From Planctomycetota bacterium (GTDB lineage: Bacteria; Planctomycetota; Phycisphaerae; FEN-1346), in contig VGYT01000003.1 in the NCBI GenBank assembly GCA_016872895.1, forward strand, positions 1-50,013: a stretch of DNA of 50,013 nucleotides. Direction: 5' to 3'. The notes under the pieces are model-generated. The model searched no databases, was not told where the DNA came from, and saw nothing but the letters and a program-made list of their open reading frames with translations. The stretch's first letter is position 1, and each line of letters opens with the position of its first letter. Below, one piece after another: positions 40,722-50,013 of the stretch. A program made the translations under genes and the position numbers.

Positions 40722-42152
40722 TCATCCGGCCTTCTTGCGTTTCCTGGCGCCGCCTTCGCCGCCTTCTTCGCCGGCGCCCCCGGCAACGGGCTTGGGCAGC
40801 GCGAAACCGATGCCGTTCTTCTGCGGCGCGCCCGGCGTGCTGCGCCCGTTGTCGATGTACTGCTGCATGAGTTTCGCCAGGCGCTCGACCTCGTCGGGGT
40901 TCGCGGCCAGCACGTCCCTGGTCTCGCTCAGGTCGTCCTTCAGGTTGTAGAGTTCGCGTTTGCCGCTCTTGAAGAAAATGAGTTTCCACGGCCCCTGGCG
41001 GATCGCAAGGTCGCCCGCCGACGACTGGTGGACGGTGGCCTCGCGGACGGGCCCCTTCGCGGCGCCCAGGAGGTGCGGCAGGAAACTCACGCTGTCTTCT
41101 CCGGCGCCGTCGGGCAACTTCTCGCCCACGATCTCGGCGCACGTGGCCAGGAGGCCGTTCAGGCAGACCGTGTCCTCGCAAACCGTGCCCGGCCTGATCT
41201 TGCCCGGCCAGCGGGCGACAAACGGTTCGCGGTGCCCGCCCTCGTAGATGCTGCGCTTTGAGCCGCGCAGCGGGGGATACTCGCGGCCCTCGGCGCCGTT
41301 GTCGCTGGAGGCGATGATGAGAGTGTTTTCGGCGAGGCCGCTGCGCTGGAGCGCACCGAGAATCTGGCCGACTACCCAGTCGCCCTCGAAGATCCAGTCG
41401 CCGTAAACGCCCTGGCCGCTCTTGCCTTCGAACTCCTTTGCGGGCACATGCGGCACGTGCGGGATGCTCAGCGGCTGGTAGAGGAAGAACGGCTTGCGGT
41501 CCTTCGCCCGGTCGCCGATGTACTCGGCCGCCTTCCTGGCCATCAGGGGCTGGACCTCGACCGGCTCGAACGTGCCCAGGACGCGGTCATTCTCGATCAC
41601 CGTGCGGATGCTCCGCGCCTCGGTGTAGCCGCAGAAGACGTCGAACCCGCGCGTCGTCGGGCCGTCGGCCACGGGCGCGGCGGCCTTGGCGGCGGCCTCG
41701 GCCTTCACGTCCCCCCAGTTCATACCAAGATGCCACTTGCCAAAACAGGCGGTGTGATAGCCACGCGCCTTGAGCATCGAGGCCACGGTCATGCGCTGCT
41801 TCTCGATGATGGGCTTGGAATTGAAGTTCAGCACGCCGAACTGCCCGATACGGAACGGATAGCGCCCCGTGAGCACTCCGTAGCGCGTGGGCGTGCAAAC
41901 GGCCGCAGCGCAGTGGGCATCGGTGAACCTGACGCCCTCCTGGGCCAGGCGATCCAGGTTCGGCATCTTCAGCGGCGAGTCCTTGCGGAACGTCGGCGGT
42001 TCGCCGTAGCCGAGGTCGTCGAACAGGATGAAGATGATGTTCGGCTTGCCGGCCGCGACACCCTCCGCCGCCGCGAGCCATCGCGGCAGCGCCAGGGCCG
42101 CAGCCCCTGCGGCGGACCACTTCAAGAACTCGCGGCGATTGACGGCGTTCAT
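40722..42152 (-). CDS. Tat-exported arylsulfatase
   Basis: NRREFLK, DDLGYG, CTPTR, GKWHLG, SDNG, YEGGHR. Confidence 0.92.
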   Translation of the reverse strand: MNAVNRREFLKWSAAGAAALALPRWLAAAEGVAAGKPNIIFILFDDLGYGEPPTFRKDSPLKMPNLDRLAQEGVRFTDAHCAAAVCTPTRYGVLTGRYPFRIGQFGVLNFNSKPIIEKQRMTVASMLKARGYHTACFGKWHLGMNWGDVKAEAAAKAAAPVADGPTTRGFDVFCGYTEARSIRTVIENDRVLGTFEPVEVQPLMARKAAEYIGDRAKDRKPFFLYQPLSIPHVPHVPAKEFEGKSGQGVYGDWIFEGDWVVGQILGALQRSGLAENTLIIASSDNGAEGREYPPLRGSKRSIYEGGHREPFVARWPGKIRPGTVCEDTVCLNGLLATCAEIVGEKLPDGAGEDSVSFLPHLLGAAKGPVREATVHQSSAGDLAIRQGPWKLIFFKSGKRELYNLKDDLSETRDVLAANPDEVERLAKLMQQYIDNGRSTPGAPQKNGIGFALPKPVAGGAGEEGGEGGARKRKKAG

Positions 42153-42330
42153 GGTTTCCCTTGACACCTTCGGCATCCGGGTTCCGCCGCCCCGCGTCAG
42201 CCGGCTTGCTGCGGCGCCGCCCCTGGCACGGCCCGCCCAAGGCGGGACGGCTGGCGAGCCGGGACCCCCTTGAACGGGTCGCCGGCTGGCGGGCTTTCGT
42301 CCGCCGCAGACGGCAGGATGGCCGACGGCG

Positions 42331-42359
42331 ATTATCCACCAACTCGACCGCTCCTGCAA
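42331..42359 (-). promoter_or_regulatory. Sigma70-type promoter for the sulfatase array
   Basis: Minus strand TTGCAG-17 nt-GATAAT, about 180 nt upstream of the first sulfatase ATG. Confidence 0.5.
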
Positions 42360-42412
42360 CCGTCCTCTGCATGGTCTTCCGCCCTTCTTTCTGCTCATTC
42401 CGGTTTTACACT

Positions 42413-44845
42413 TCAATCATCCGGCGCCGGTGCCGCAGGCGCGGGCGACCCTGGCACAGCCACCACCACCCGAAACCCGTAGATGGCGGTGCGCTTGCTC
42501 GGGGGGTCGAGAACCCGAAGCCCGCAGCGGTCCACACTCGGCGCAGTGAGCACACAACCGCCGCGCAAAACGCGATACGTTCCGGACGCCGGCCCCTGGG
42601 GGTCCGTCGCCGGGCCATCGGGATACGCGCCGTACCAATCCGCGCACCATTCGCACACGTTCCCGTGCATGTCGTAGAGGCCCCAGGCGTTCGGCTCTTT
42701 TCGGCCGACGGGATGCGTCGTGCCGCCGCTGTTGGCCTCGGTCCACGCATAGTCGCCAAGGACCTCATCGGCATCGCCGAAACAGAACCTGGTGCTGCTG
42801 CCCGCGCGGCAGGCGTATTCCCACTCGGCCTCGGTCGGCAGGCGGACGGTCCGGCGGGTTCTCACGGAGAGTTTCTTGCAGAACTCCGTGGCGTCAGTCC
42901 AGGAAACGTGCTCCACCGGATTTAACTCGCCCTGGAAGAAACTCGGATTCGTACCCATGATCGCCTGGTACTGGGCCTGGGTCACTTCCGTCGCGGCCAT
43001 GTAGAACGGTCTTGAGATGGTCACCTCGTGTTGCGGGCCTTCGTGGGGCACACGCCCCTTCTCGGAATCCGGCGACCCCATCATGAACCTGCCGGCCGGG
43101 ATGAGAACCAGTTTCATCGTGACCCCGCCGCCAAGGTCGAGTTGGTTCGGCTGCGACAGGCCCGTATCTATAACCCCCACGATACGGGTGTCCGCCTCCC
43201 CTGATGTCCGCTCCAGGCGGCCGGGTGCCCGGAGGAACAACGCCAGACTGCCGCCAATTATGGAAATTGCCGCCAGGAGCAGGACGCCGCCGACGATGAT
43301 TCCCGCCACAACAATCGCGACAATCCACGCCGTCCTTGTCTGCCGCCCTTTGCCGGCATGCTGCGCTGGGGCCTGCGGCGGCGGGGGCGCTGAAATCCCG
43401 GGCGCCGGCTTCGGCTTCGCCCGCGCGGCCGCGAACGCCCGTTGCACCTCCGGCCGGCGGAGGAGCACGAGCGCCCAGATGCCCATGACCACCCCAACCG
43501 GGAACCCCAGTGTGCACGGCAGCATCGCCAGCATACTGCTCGCCACGGCTAGACCGTACGACTTGAGGCGCAGCATCTTCGCCGCGCCCACGATCACCAG
43601 GATGCCGCTGGCCGCCATGCAGCACAGGATGATCGTTTCCGCAGGCGCCAGGAACAGATGCCCCCCACGAGCCCCTCTGCGTAACATTCCCTCTGCCGCC
43701 AATTGGAGGATGGCCCCCCCAAGGAACACCGGAAGACCCAGACACGCCAGCGCGCCCGCCACCATGAGGCCGATGGCCGGTATGCGCAGACGCTGCCGGA
43801 CGGCTTCCGCCTCGCCTAGGGCGACCGCGGCCGGCGCACCCGCGGCGGGCGCGGCGGCGGGCGCCAGCGCGGGCGGCGCCTGCGGCGCGCGGCTGATTTG
43901 CTCCACGTCGGTCTTGACCTGGCTGGCCTGCTGATAGCGGCGGGCCGGCTCCTTCTCCAGCGTCTTCAGGACCACCTCGTCCAGCCGCACGTCCACCTGG
44001 ACCTTCTGCGACGGCGCGGCAAAGCGGCCCAGCGGCAACTCGCCCGTCAGCATCTCGTAGAACACCACGCCCAGCGAGTAGATGTCGGCCCGCTGGTCCA
44101 CCTCGGCCGGATGCTCCACCTGCTCCGGGGCCATGTAGGCGGGCGTGCCCATGACCTGCTGCGGCTGAGTCAGGGCGAAGTCGGCCGGGGCCTTGGCGAG
44201 CAACTTGGCCAGGCCGAAGTCGGCGATCTTCACGCGGCCCTTCTTATCGAGCAGGATGTTCTCGGGCTTTATGTCGCGGTGGACGATCCCCTCGTCGTGG
44301 GCGTACTGGAGGGCCTCGCACACCTGGACCACGATGCCGAGGGCCTCGCGGGGCGCCAGGCGCTCCGTGCGTTCCATCTGCCGCAGGTTCACCCCGTCGA
44401 CGTATTCCATGACGAAGTAGAACAGGCCGGCGGCCTCGCCGAAATCGTACACGGCGACGATGTTCGGATGGTTCAGGCGCGCCAGCGACCGTGCCTCGCG
44501 CTTAAATCGCTCGGCGAACGCCGCATCGTAGCCGATGCCGGGCGGCAGGACCTTCAGGGCCACCAGCCGGTCCAGCCCCGGCTGTCGGGCCTTGTACACC
44601 GCCCCCATGCCGCCCTGGCCCAGGAGTTCCAGGATTTCGAGGTTCGGAAAGTGCGGTGCGAGGTCCGCGGGCGCGGGCGGCGTAAACGCAGGCGCGGAGG
44701 CGGCCTCTTGCGGCCCCGAGGCTGAATCCGCCGTCGGACGCTGGCTTTCCAGGCCGCGCTCCAGCAGGCACGCCGGGCACAGGCCTTCGGGCGTGTTGGC
44801 GGGCAGTTCGCCCCCACATTGCGGACATCGCTTCTCCTGGCTCAT
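42413..44845 (-). CDS. Hanks-type Ser/Thr kinase with membrane helices and a C-terminal FGE-sulfatase (SUMF1/EgtB/PvdO-fold) domain
   Basis: N-terminal CPQC..CPAC; [27 protein letters not shown]; hydrophobic segments; [37 protein letters not shown]. Confidence 0.92.
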   Translation of the reverse strand: MSQEKRCPQCGGELPANTPEGLCPACLLERGLESQRPTADSASGPQEAASAPAFTPPAPADLAPHFPNLEILELLGQGGMGAVYKARQPGLDRLVALKVLPPGIGYDAAFAERFKREARSLARLNHPNIVAVYDFGEAAGLFYFVMEYVDGVNLRQMERTERLAPREALGIVVQVCEALQYAHDEGIVHRDIKPENILLDKKGRVKIADFGLAKLLAKAPADFALTQPQQVMGTPAYMAPEQVEHPAEVDQRADIYSLGVVFYEMLTGELPLGRFAAPSQKVQVDVRLDEVVLKTLEKEPARRYQQASQVKTDVEQISRAPQAPPALAPAAAPAAGAPAAVALGEAEAVRQRLRIPAIGLMVAGALACLGLPVFLGGAILQLAAEGMLRRGARGGHLFLAPAETIILCCMAASGILVIVGAAKMLRLKSYGLAVASSMLAMLPCTLGFPVGVVMGIWALVLLRRPEVQRAFAAARAKPKPAPGISAPPPPQAPAQHAGKGRQTRTAWIVAIVVAGIIVGGVLLLAAISIIGGSLALFLRAPGRLERTSGEADTRIVGVIDTGLSQPNQLDLGGGVTMKLVLIPAGRFMMGSPDSEKGRVPHEGPQHEVTISRPFYMAATEVTQAQYQAIMGTNPSFFQGELNPVEHVSWTDATEFCKKLSVRTRRTVRLPTEAEWEYACRAGSSTRFCFGDADEVLGDYAWTEANSGGTTHPVGRKEPNAWGLYDMHGNVCEWCADWYGAYPDGPATDPQGPASGTYRVLRGGCVLTAPSVDRCGLRVLDPPSKRTAIYGFRVVVAVPGSPAPAAPAPDD

Positions 44846-44879
44846 GGCCGTCTCCTTTCACCCATGCGGCTTCCACCCT

Positions 44880-44909
44880 TTACAGAAGGAAACCGGCCGG
44901 TGGGTTACA
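44880..44909 (-). promoter_or_regulatory. Candidate ECF-sigma promoter in front of the kinase gene
   Basis: Minus strand TGTAACC...CTTCTGTA between the sigma and kinase genes; GTAAC resembles ECF -35 elements. Confidence 0.35.
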
Positions 44910-44923
44910 GGAAAACCGATCGT

Positions 44924-45676
44924 TCAGGACCGGAAGGCCCCAAAGAGATGGCGGATCTCTTCATCCACCTCCCTGGGCCCGGCCACGGTCTGAGCGATCT
45001 GGTCCCGTAAGAGCCGGCGGTATCGCCGGCGCAGGCGATGCACGGCGACCTTCGCGGCCCCCTGCGTCATCCCCAGGCGGCACGCCGCCTCGGCGTAGCG
45101 ACACGCGCCTTCGGCCTGCGTCAGGAATCCCTTGAGTTCCTCGAAGAGTCTTTGCGTTCCGGAGGCGACGTGTTCCGCCTCCAGCCCACGGAGGACTTGC
45201 CCGAGCAGCGTGAGGGCCCACTGCCGGTCGAAGTCTTTCTCCGGGGTCACCTCGTGCGAGGGTTCCAGGCGGTAGCGGGTCTCGGCCTCGCCCCGGTCGA
45301 AGGAGAGCATGGTTTGACCACCGCCGCGTTTCCTGGCCCTGGCCCGATCCCGCTCGTTGGCCAGAAAATGCCTGAGCGATGCCAGCAGGAAGGAGCGGAA
45401 CTTGCCCTTGCTGCGATCCACGGAAGCCAGGTAGTCCTTGTCCAGCAAGCGGGCGAAGAACTCCTGGGTCAGGTCCTCAGCGTCGTGGCTTTCATAACCG
45501 CAGCGCCGCACGTAGGCATAGAGGGGATACCAGTAGGTTTCGCACAGCGTCGCCAGGGCGGCCTGGGCGTCGGGCCGGCTGCCGTGGGCTGCGGCCACCA
45601 CGATGCTCCAGTGCGTCGTGGCGAACGACCGCCGGCCGTGTTGGCCGGACCCGGAGGATTGGCCGGGACATGACAT
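44924..45676 (-). CDS. ECF sigma factor of the kinase-associated PVC type
   Basis: FATTHWSIV, LCETYWYPLYAYVRR, DAEDLTQEFF, KGKFRSFL, KVAVHRLRRRY; adjacent to a Ser/Thr kinase rather than an anti-sigma gene. Confidence 0.9.
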   Translation of the reverse strand: MSCPGQSSGSGQHGRRSFATTHWSIVVAAAHGSRPDAQAALATLCETYWYPLYAYVRRCGYESHDAEDLTQEFFARLLDKDYLASVDRSKGKFRSFLLASLRHFLANERDRARARKRGGGQTMLSFDRGEAETRYRLEPSHEVTPEKDFDRQWALTLLGQVLRGLEAEHVASGTQRLFEELKGFLTQAEGACRYAEAACRLGMTQGAAKVAVHRLRRRYRRLLRDQIAQTVAGPREVDEEIRHLFGAFRS

Positions 45677-45928
45677 GCGGGTATTGTATCAGAGGCAAAC
45701 TTAATCGGCATGGTGCTTTCGCTTCAGGCGCGTACAATGCCAGTGTACGCTACGGCAGGGGCGCGGCAGTTTGTCGGGGAGATGCCGGGCCCCTCGGATA
45801 GCCGATAACAGGAGTACCAGGAAGCGGCACGCAACCGCGCGGTGGGTCTCCGCACACACCGCGCTACGCGCGGCAAGGCGCCCTTGCGCGTACGGCCGGT
45901 CTGCCGCCCACAACCGCGCGGCGAGTAC

Positions 45929-46002
45929 GGTTCAAACAAGCCCCACGCACCGCGTGGGGATGGATGGTGCGGGCCGATCATCCCCCGGCGGTGCCGGGGG
46001 CT
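45929..46002 (+). mobile_element. MITE copy with degenerate terminal repeats
   Basis: GGTTCAAACAAGCCCCACGCACCGCGTGGGGATGGATGGTGCGGGCCGATCATCCCCCGGCGGTGCCGGGGGCT, identical to the internal part of 48201-48291. Confidence 0.9.
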
Positions 46003-46016
46003 CAAGGCAACGCGAA

Positions 46017-48185
46017 ATGGGCAAGTCGGCCGTTCAATCCGCACTCCGCAATCCGCACTCCGCAATCCATGGATGGGCAGTGGCCGCGGCCGCGATCGTC
46101 CTGGCGGCCGCCACGGTCCTGGTGTTCCTGCCCGCGCGGAACTTCGACTTCGTCGGCTACGACGACAACGAGCATGTGCTGGAGAACCCGCATATCCGGG
46201 ACCTCGGCCCGGAGAACCTGGCGTGGATGTTCACGCACTTCTGGGTGACGAGTTACTACCCCGTCCGGCTGCTCTCGTTCGCCATCGACTACCGCTTCTG
46301 GGGCGCCAGCCCCGAGGGCTATCACCTGACGAACATCTTGCTGCACGTCGCCAACGTGACGCTGCTGTTCTGGCTTCTGCTGCGGCTGGCGGCGGGTGGC
46401 ATGCGACCCCACTTGGCGCCCGCCGAAGGGCTGCGGCCCGCAGACGGGGCCTGGCAGGTCGGGGCTGCGGCCGCAGCGGCGGGGCTCCTGGCGCTGCATC
46501 CGCTGGTCGTGGAGCCTGTGGTATGGATCTCGGGGCGCGAGGAACTGCTGATGCTGCTGTTCGCCCTCGGGACGGTGCATCTGCATGTTTCTGCGCGGCG
46601 TGCGGCGGAGGGGTCGGCCCCCCGGCGGCGCGTGGCCATGCTGCACGGCCTGGCCGGGGCGTCGGCCGCGATGGCGTCCATGGCCAACGTGGGGGCGGCG
46701 GCCATCCCGCTTATCGTCACGGCGTACGACCTGGCGGTGGCGCGGATGCGAAGCGTGCGGCGGATCGTGGCGGGCACGTGGTTCCTCTGGGCGCTGGCCG
46801 GCGGCGCCGTCGCGCTCAAGTTCATCTGCGCCAGCCTGGCTGCGCCCGGCCTTGTGCATACGAGCGGAGTCAGCCCGTCTGCGTGGCAGAGGGCGGCGCT
46901 GGCGCTGGAATGGTTCCCGCTGAACCTTCGGACGGTGGTGTGGCCGGCGGACCTGACGCTGCTGTACCCCTGCCTGCTGCCGGAGACGTTCTTTTCGGCG
47001 GAGTCGGCGGCAGGAATCGCGGCGCTGGCGGCAACGGGCGCCGTGCTGTGGCTTCTGCGGCGCACGCGCGCCCTGCTGTTCGGCCTGCTGTGGTTTGTGC
47101 TGGCGCTGGGCCAGACGTCGCCGCTCGTCCCGCACCCGATATACCGTGCGGACCGGTACCTGTACCTGCCGCTGGCAGGGCTGGCGGTGGCCGCAGGGGC
47201 GGCCTTGAGCACCCTGGTCCGCCGCGGCCTTGCGGGGCGCGCCGCGCTGGCGCTGGCGGCGGCCGTGGTGGCGGCCCTGGGTTTCCTCAGCACCAGGCAG
47301 GTGCCGTTCTGGCGAGACGGGATGACCCTGTTTACGCACTGCGTCAGACTCACGCCGGACAACAGCGAGGCCCGCGCGAACCTGGGCATCGCACTGATCG
47401 GGCAGGAGAACTACCCGGCGGCGGCGGCCGAATTGCGGGAGGCCCTGCGGCTGATGCCGCTGGACCCCGTCATCCATTACCACCTCGGCGTGGCGGCGTA
47501 CCAGCAGGAACAGGTGCAGGAGGCGGCCGGACACTTCGCCGAGACGGTGCGCCTGAATCCCCGGTTTGCCGAGGCCCACCACAACCTGGGCATCGCCCTT
47601 GCGCGGCTGAGAGATACCGAGGGGGCCGCACGCGAGTTCCGGGAGGCCATCCGCCTCAAACCGGAGTTGGCGGAGGCGCACGGCAACCTCGGCTGGGCAC
47701 TGCTGCGGCAGGAACGCTATGGCCCGGCCGTGGAGGAACTGCGGGAGGCCATACGGCTTAAGCCGGACTACGCCGAGGCCCGGCGGATGCTCGCCACGGC
47801 CTACGCTCTGGACGGGCGCATCGACGAATCGCTGCGAGAGTTTGCCGAAGCGGCCCGGCTGGACCCCGCTGCCGCCGCCCAGCAGGTGAACCGGGTCGCG
47901 CGGCTGCTGGCGGCGAGCGCGCTTGAACGGTTCAGGAACGGCCCGGCGGCGGTGCGCCTGGCGGCCGCGGCCTGCCGCATGGCAGGGGCGGCGCCCCCTG
48001 AGTTCCTCGACACGCTGGCGGCGGCGTACGCGGAGGCCGGGCAGTTCGAGCGTGCCGCAGAGGTCGCCCGCCAGGCGCTCGATGCCGCCGCAGCCGCCGG
48101 CCGGACCGGCCTAGCCGAGGCGATCCGCTCGCACCTGGAGGCGTTCCTGGCCGGGCGCCCCTGGCGGGAGCCGATGTCGCTCTGA
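46017..48185 (+). CDS. TMTC-like (GT-C) membrane glycosyltransferase with C-terminal TPR repeats
   Basis: FVGYDD, YYPV..LS, GYHLTNILLH, HPL.VEPV.WISGR, ADRYLYLP, W.DG.TLF, then multiple TPRs; start uncertain (46017 or 46080). Confidence 0.85.
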   Translation: MGKSAVQSALRNPHSAIHGWAVAAAAIVLAAATVLVFLPARNFDFVGYDDNEHVLENPHIRDLGPENLAWMFTHFWVTSYYPVRLLSFAIDYRFWGASPEGYHLTNILLHVANVTLLFWLLLRLAAGGMRPHLAPAEGLRPADGAWQVGAAAAAAGLLALHPLVVEPVVWISGREELLMLLFALGTVHLHVSARRAAEGSAPRRRVAMLHGLAGASAAMASMANVGAAAIPLIVTAYDLAVARMRSVRRIVAGTWFLWALAGGAVALKFICASLAAPGLVHTSGVSPSAWQRAALALEWFPLNLRTVVWPADLTLLYPCLLPETFFSAESAAGIAALAATGAVLWLLRRTRALLFGLLWFVLALGQTSPLVPHPIYRADRYLYLPLAGLAVAAGAALSTLVRRGLAGRAALALAAAVVAALGFLSTRQVPFWRDGMTLFTHCVRLTPDNSEARANLGIALIGQENYPAAAAELREALRLMPLDPVIHYHLGVAAYQQEQVQEAAGHFAETVRLNPRFAEAHHNLGIALARLRDTEGAAREFREAIRLKPELAEAHGNLGWALLRQERYGPAVEELREAIRLKPDYAEARRMLATAYALDGRIDESLREFAEAARLDPAAAAQQVNRVARLLAASALERFRNGPAAVRLAAAACRMAGAAPPEFLDTLAAAYAEAGQFERAAEVARQALDAAAAAGRTGLAEAIRSHLEAFLAGRPWREPMSL
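46035..46068 (+). repeat. Heptamer tandem repeat (AATCCGC/ACTCCGC)n
   Basis: CAATCCGCACTCCGCAATCCGCACTCCGCAATCC; translated SALRNPHSAI if ATG 46017 is used. Confidence 0.8.
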
Positions 48186-48200
48186 CAACTGACAAAAACG

Positions 48201-48291
48201 GGCATGGTTCAAACAAGCCCCACGCACCGCGTGGGGATGGATGGTGCGGGCCGATCATCCCCCGGCGGTGCCGGGGGCTTTGAACCATGCC
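48201..48291 (+). mobile_element. Complete 91-bp MITE with 13-bp TIRs and an 8-bp target-site duplication
   Basis: GGCATGGTTCAAA...TTTGAACCATGCC flanked by CAAAAACG at 48193-48200 and 48292-48299; two internal GC hairpins. Confidence 0.92.
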
Positions 48292-48302
48292 CAAAAACGA
48301 AT

Positions 48303-48418
48303 GTCACTTGCCACTTGCCACTTGCCACTTGCCACTTGTAAACTGGCCACTTGCTACTCGCCACTTGCAGTTTCTGTTGCCTTTACCAGTGGCCAGTGAC
48401 AAGTGGCCAGTGACAAGT
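48303..48418. repeat. Inverted heptamer arrays (CCACTTG)n ... (CAAGTGG/CCAGTGA)n
   Basis: About nine degenerate CCACTTG units (48303-48368) face complementary units (48386-48418), upstream of the radical SAM gene. Confidence 0.85.
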
Positions 48419-48435
48419 TGAAGGGTCGGATACCC

Positions 48436-49935
48436 ATGAGAGTAGCGCTGGTGTTCAATCCGTTTGCCTACAAACTGCACGAGGAGAATCTGAGGATCGT
48501 GCAGCGGTATTTCGGCCTGTTCCCGCCGCTGTCGCTGGCCTGGGTGGCGGCCATCGCCGAAAAGGCCGGCCACGACGTCACAATCATCGACGCAAGGACG
48601 CTGCGGCTGACGCCGGACCAGGTGCTGGCGCACCTGAGGCGGTGGAAACCCGACATCCTCGGATTCATGATGACGACGTACATGTTCCGCGAGACGCTCG
48701 ACTGGATCCGGTATCTTCGCGGCGGGCTGAAGAACACGCCCGTGATGGTCGGCGGCTATAACCTGCGGGTGTACCCGAAAGAGTCGGTCACGCCGCCGGA
48801 GATCGACTTCGGCTGCTTCAACTCCGCCTACCGCACCGTGCCGCGCCTGCTGGAGGAACTGGAAGGCGGGCGGCACTTCGACGCCGTCCCGGGCCTCATC
48901 TACAAACGCAACGGCCAGATCATCCAGACCGACTACGGCGAGGACCCGGACTTCAACCTGTATCCGAACCCCGCGCGGCACCTGCTGCCGAACGAACTCT
49001 ACGCCGAGTTCCCCACGGAGCGCAAGAACTTCACCGTGATGGTCACGAGCAAAGGTTGCCCGATGGGGTGCCTGTTCTGCGAGGCCGGACAGACGCGGTA
49101 CAACCCGCGCAGCCCGCAGGTGGTCGTGGACGAGATGCAGGAGTGCTGCGAGAAGTACGGCATCCGCGAGATCGACATCTTCGACTACGAGTTCCTCATC
49201 AACCGCAAGCGGGCCCTGGCGATCTTCCAGGAGATGAGGCGGCGCAGGCTGGACCTCACATGGGCCTGCCGCGCGAGAATCGACTCCGTGGACGACGAAC
49301 TTCTGCGCGAAATGGCCGCCGCAGGCTGCGGCCGCATATACTACGGCATCGAGTTCGGCATCCAGGAGATGCTCAACAAGGTCAACAAGCGCATCACCAT
49401 CGAGCAGGTGCGCGAGTCCATCCGCCTCACGCGCAAGCACGGCATCCGCAGCCTGGGGTTCTTCCTGGTGGGCGGCCCGGGGGAGACCCGCCAGTCCGTC
49501 GCTCAGACGCTGAAGTTCGCCAAGTCCCTCAACCTCGACTACGCGCAGTTCTCGAAGGTAACGGCCAAGCCGCTCACGCAGTTGTGGTGCGACCTGGTGC
49601 GCCAGAGCGGTTACGACTACTGGCGCGAGTATATCCTCGGAAACGCCCAGGAACAGGCCCTCCCCAGGCCCTGGACCCAACTTACCAACGACGAGATCGA
49701 CCAGATCGCCCGCAGCGCCTACATCAAGTATCACAGCCGCCCGTTCTTCCTGCTGCGGCATACGCTGAAGGTCCGCTCCTGGGCCGAGTTCAAGCGCAAG
49801 TTCTTCGCCTACCTCGAAATGGCCTTCAAGCAGGAGAAAGTGTCGAAGCCCGACCACGCCTTCAAGTGCTACGGCGAAGACAAGGGCAAACTGGAGTGGT
49901 ACAAGAAGATCTCCAAGTGGAGCACCCCGTTCTAG
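48436..49935 (+). CDS. Cobalamin-binding (class B) radical SAM enzyme
   Basis: N-terminal PPLSLAW.AA...GHDV.IID B12-binding domain; SKGCPMGCLFC; AGC..IYYGIE; GGPGET. Confidence 0.9.
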   Translation: MRVALVFNPFAYKLHEENLRIVQRYFGLFPPLSLAWVAAIAEKAGHDVTIIDARTLRLTPDQVLAHLRRWKPDILGFMMTTYMFRETLDWIRYLRGGLKNTPVMVGGYNLRVYPKESVTPPEIDFGCFNSAYRTVPRLLEELEGGRHFDAVPGLIYKRNGQIIQTDYGEDPDFNLYPNPARHLLPNELYAEFPTERKNFTVMVTSKGCPMGCLFCEAGQTRYNPRSPQVVVDEMQECCEKYGIREIDIFDYEFLINRKRALAIFQEMRRRRLDLTWACRARIDSVDDELLREMAAAGCGRIYYGIEFGIQEMLNKVNKRITIEQVRESIRLTRKHGIRSLGFFLVGGPGETRQSVAQTLKFAKSLNLDYAQFSKVTAKPLTQLWCDLVRQSGYDYWREYILGNAQEQALPRPWTQLTNDEIDQIARSAYIKYHSRPFFLLRHTLKVRSWAEFKRKFFAYLEMAFKQEKVSKPDHAFKCYGEDKGKLEWYKKISKWSTPF

Positions 49936-50013
49936 TACCCGTCGTCTTTTGATGTTGTTAGTTTGTGTGAATAGCCGATTCTCACACGGGGGTCAGGATA
50001 CCGGGGAGGATCG

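Noticed and set aside
42413-43130. FGE domain as the sulfatase-maturating enzyme
   Set aside because: It lacks the catalytic CxxxxC pair and is fused to a membrane kinase; more likely a binding domain.
48201-48418. CRISPR array from the palindromic and heptamer repeats
   Set aside because: No regularly spaced repeat-spacer units and no cas genes; the repeats are dispersed or directly tandem.

Overview
GC-rich bacterial DNA. The gene content (Tat-exported sulfatases, Gfo/Idh/MocA oxidoreductases, an ECF sigma/Ser-Thr kinase pair) suggests a Planctomycetota/PVC organism; this is inference, not a database result. From left to right: the 3' end of a RAYT-type transposase with a duplicated palindromic end; a Zn/Mn ABC uptake operon whose outer-membrane gene is 5'-truncated; a shattered orp-like anaerobic Fe-S locus (PAS sigma54 activator, NifB/NifX, Mrp, NifU remnants) split by a ~5.3-kb block (IS91 and IS66 fragments, a 1347-aa secreted protein); perR-katA; a SNF2 helicase/SWIM pair; a minus-strand glycan-catabolism cluster (three Gfo/Idh/MocA, two beta-helix proteins, several gene remnants); a serine-recombinase pseudogene with SplB-like and pRiA4b-ORF3 genes; a GH120 beta-xylosidase-like gene; six tandem Tat sulfatases downstream of an ECF sigma and a kinase-TM-FGE-domain gene; a TMTC-like TPR glycosyltransferase; and a B12 radical SAM enzyme. 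The most notable signals lie outside the ORF track. (1) A 91-bp MITE has 13-bp terminal inverted repeats and one perfect 8-bp target-site duplication; it occurs four times, twice exactly at gene-truncation breakpoints. (2) Three 80-bp REPIN-like double hairpins occur, one inserted in frame in a sulfatase signal peptide. (3) AT-rich and heptamer palindromes overlap coding ends. No CRISPR, rRNA or tRNA was found.
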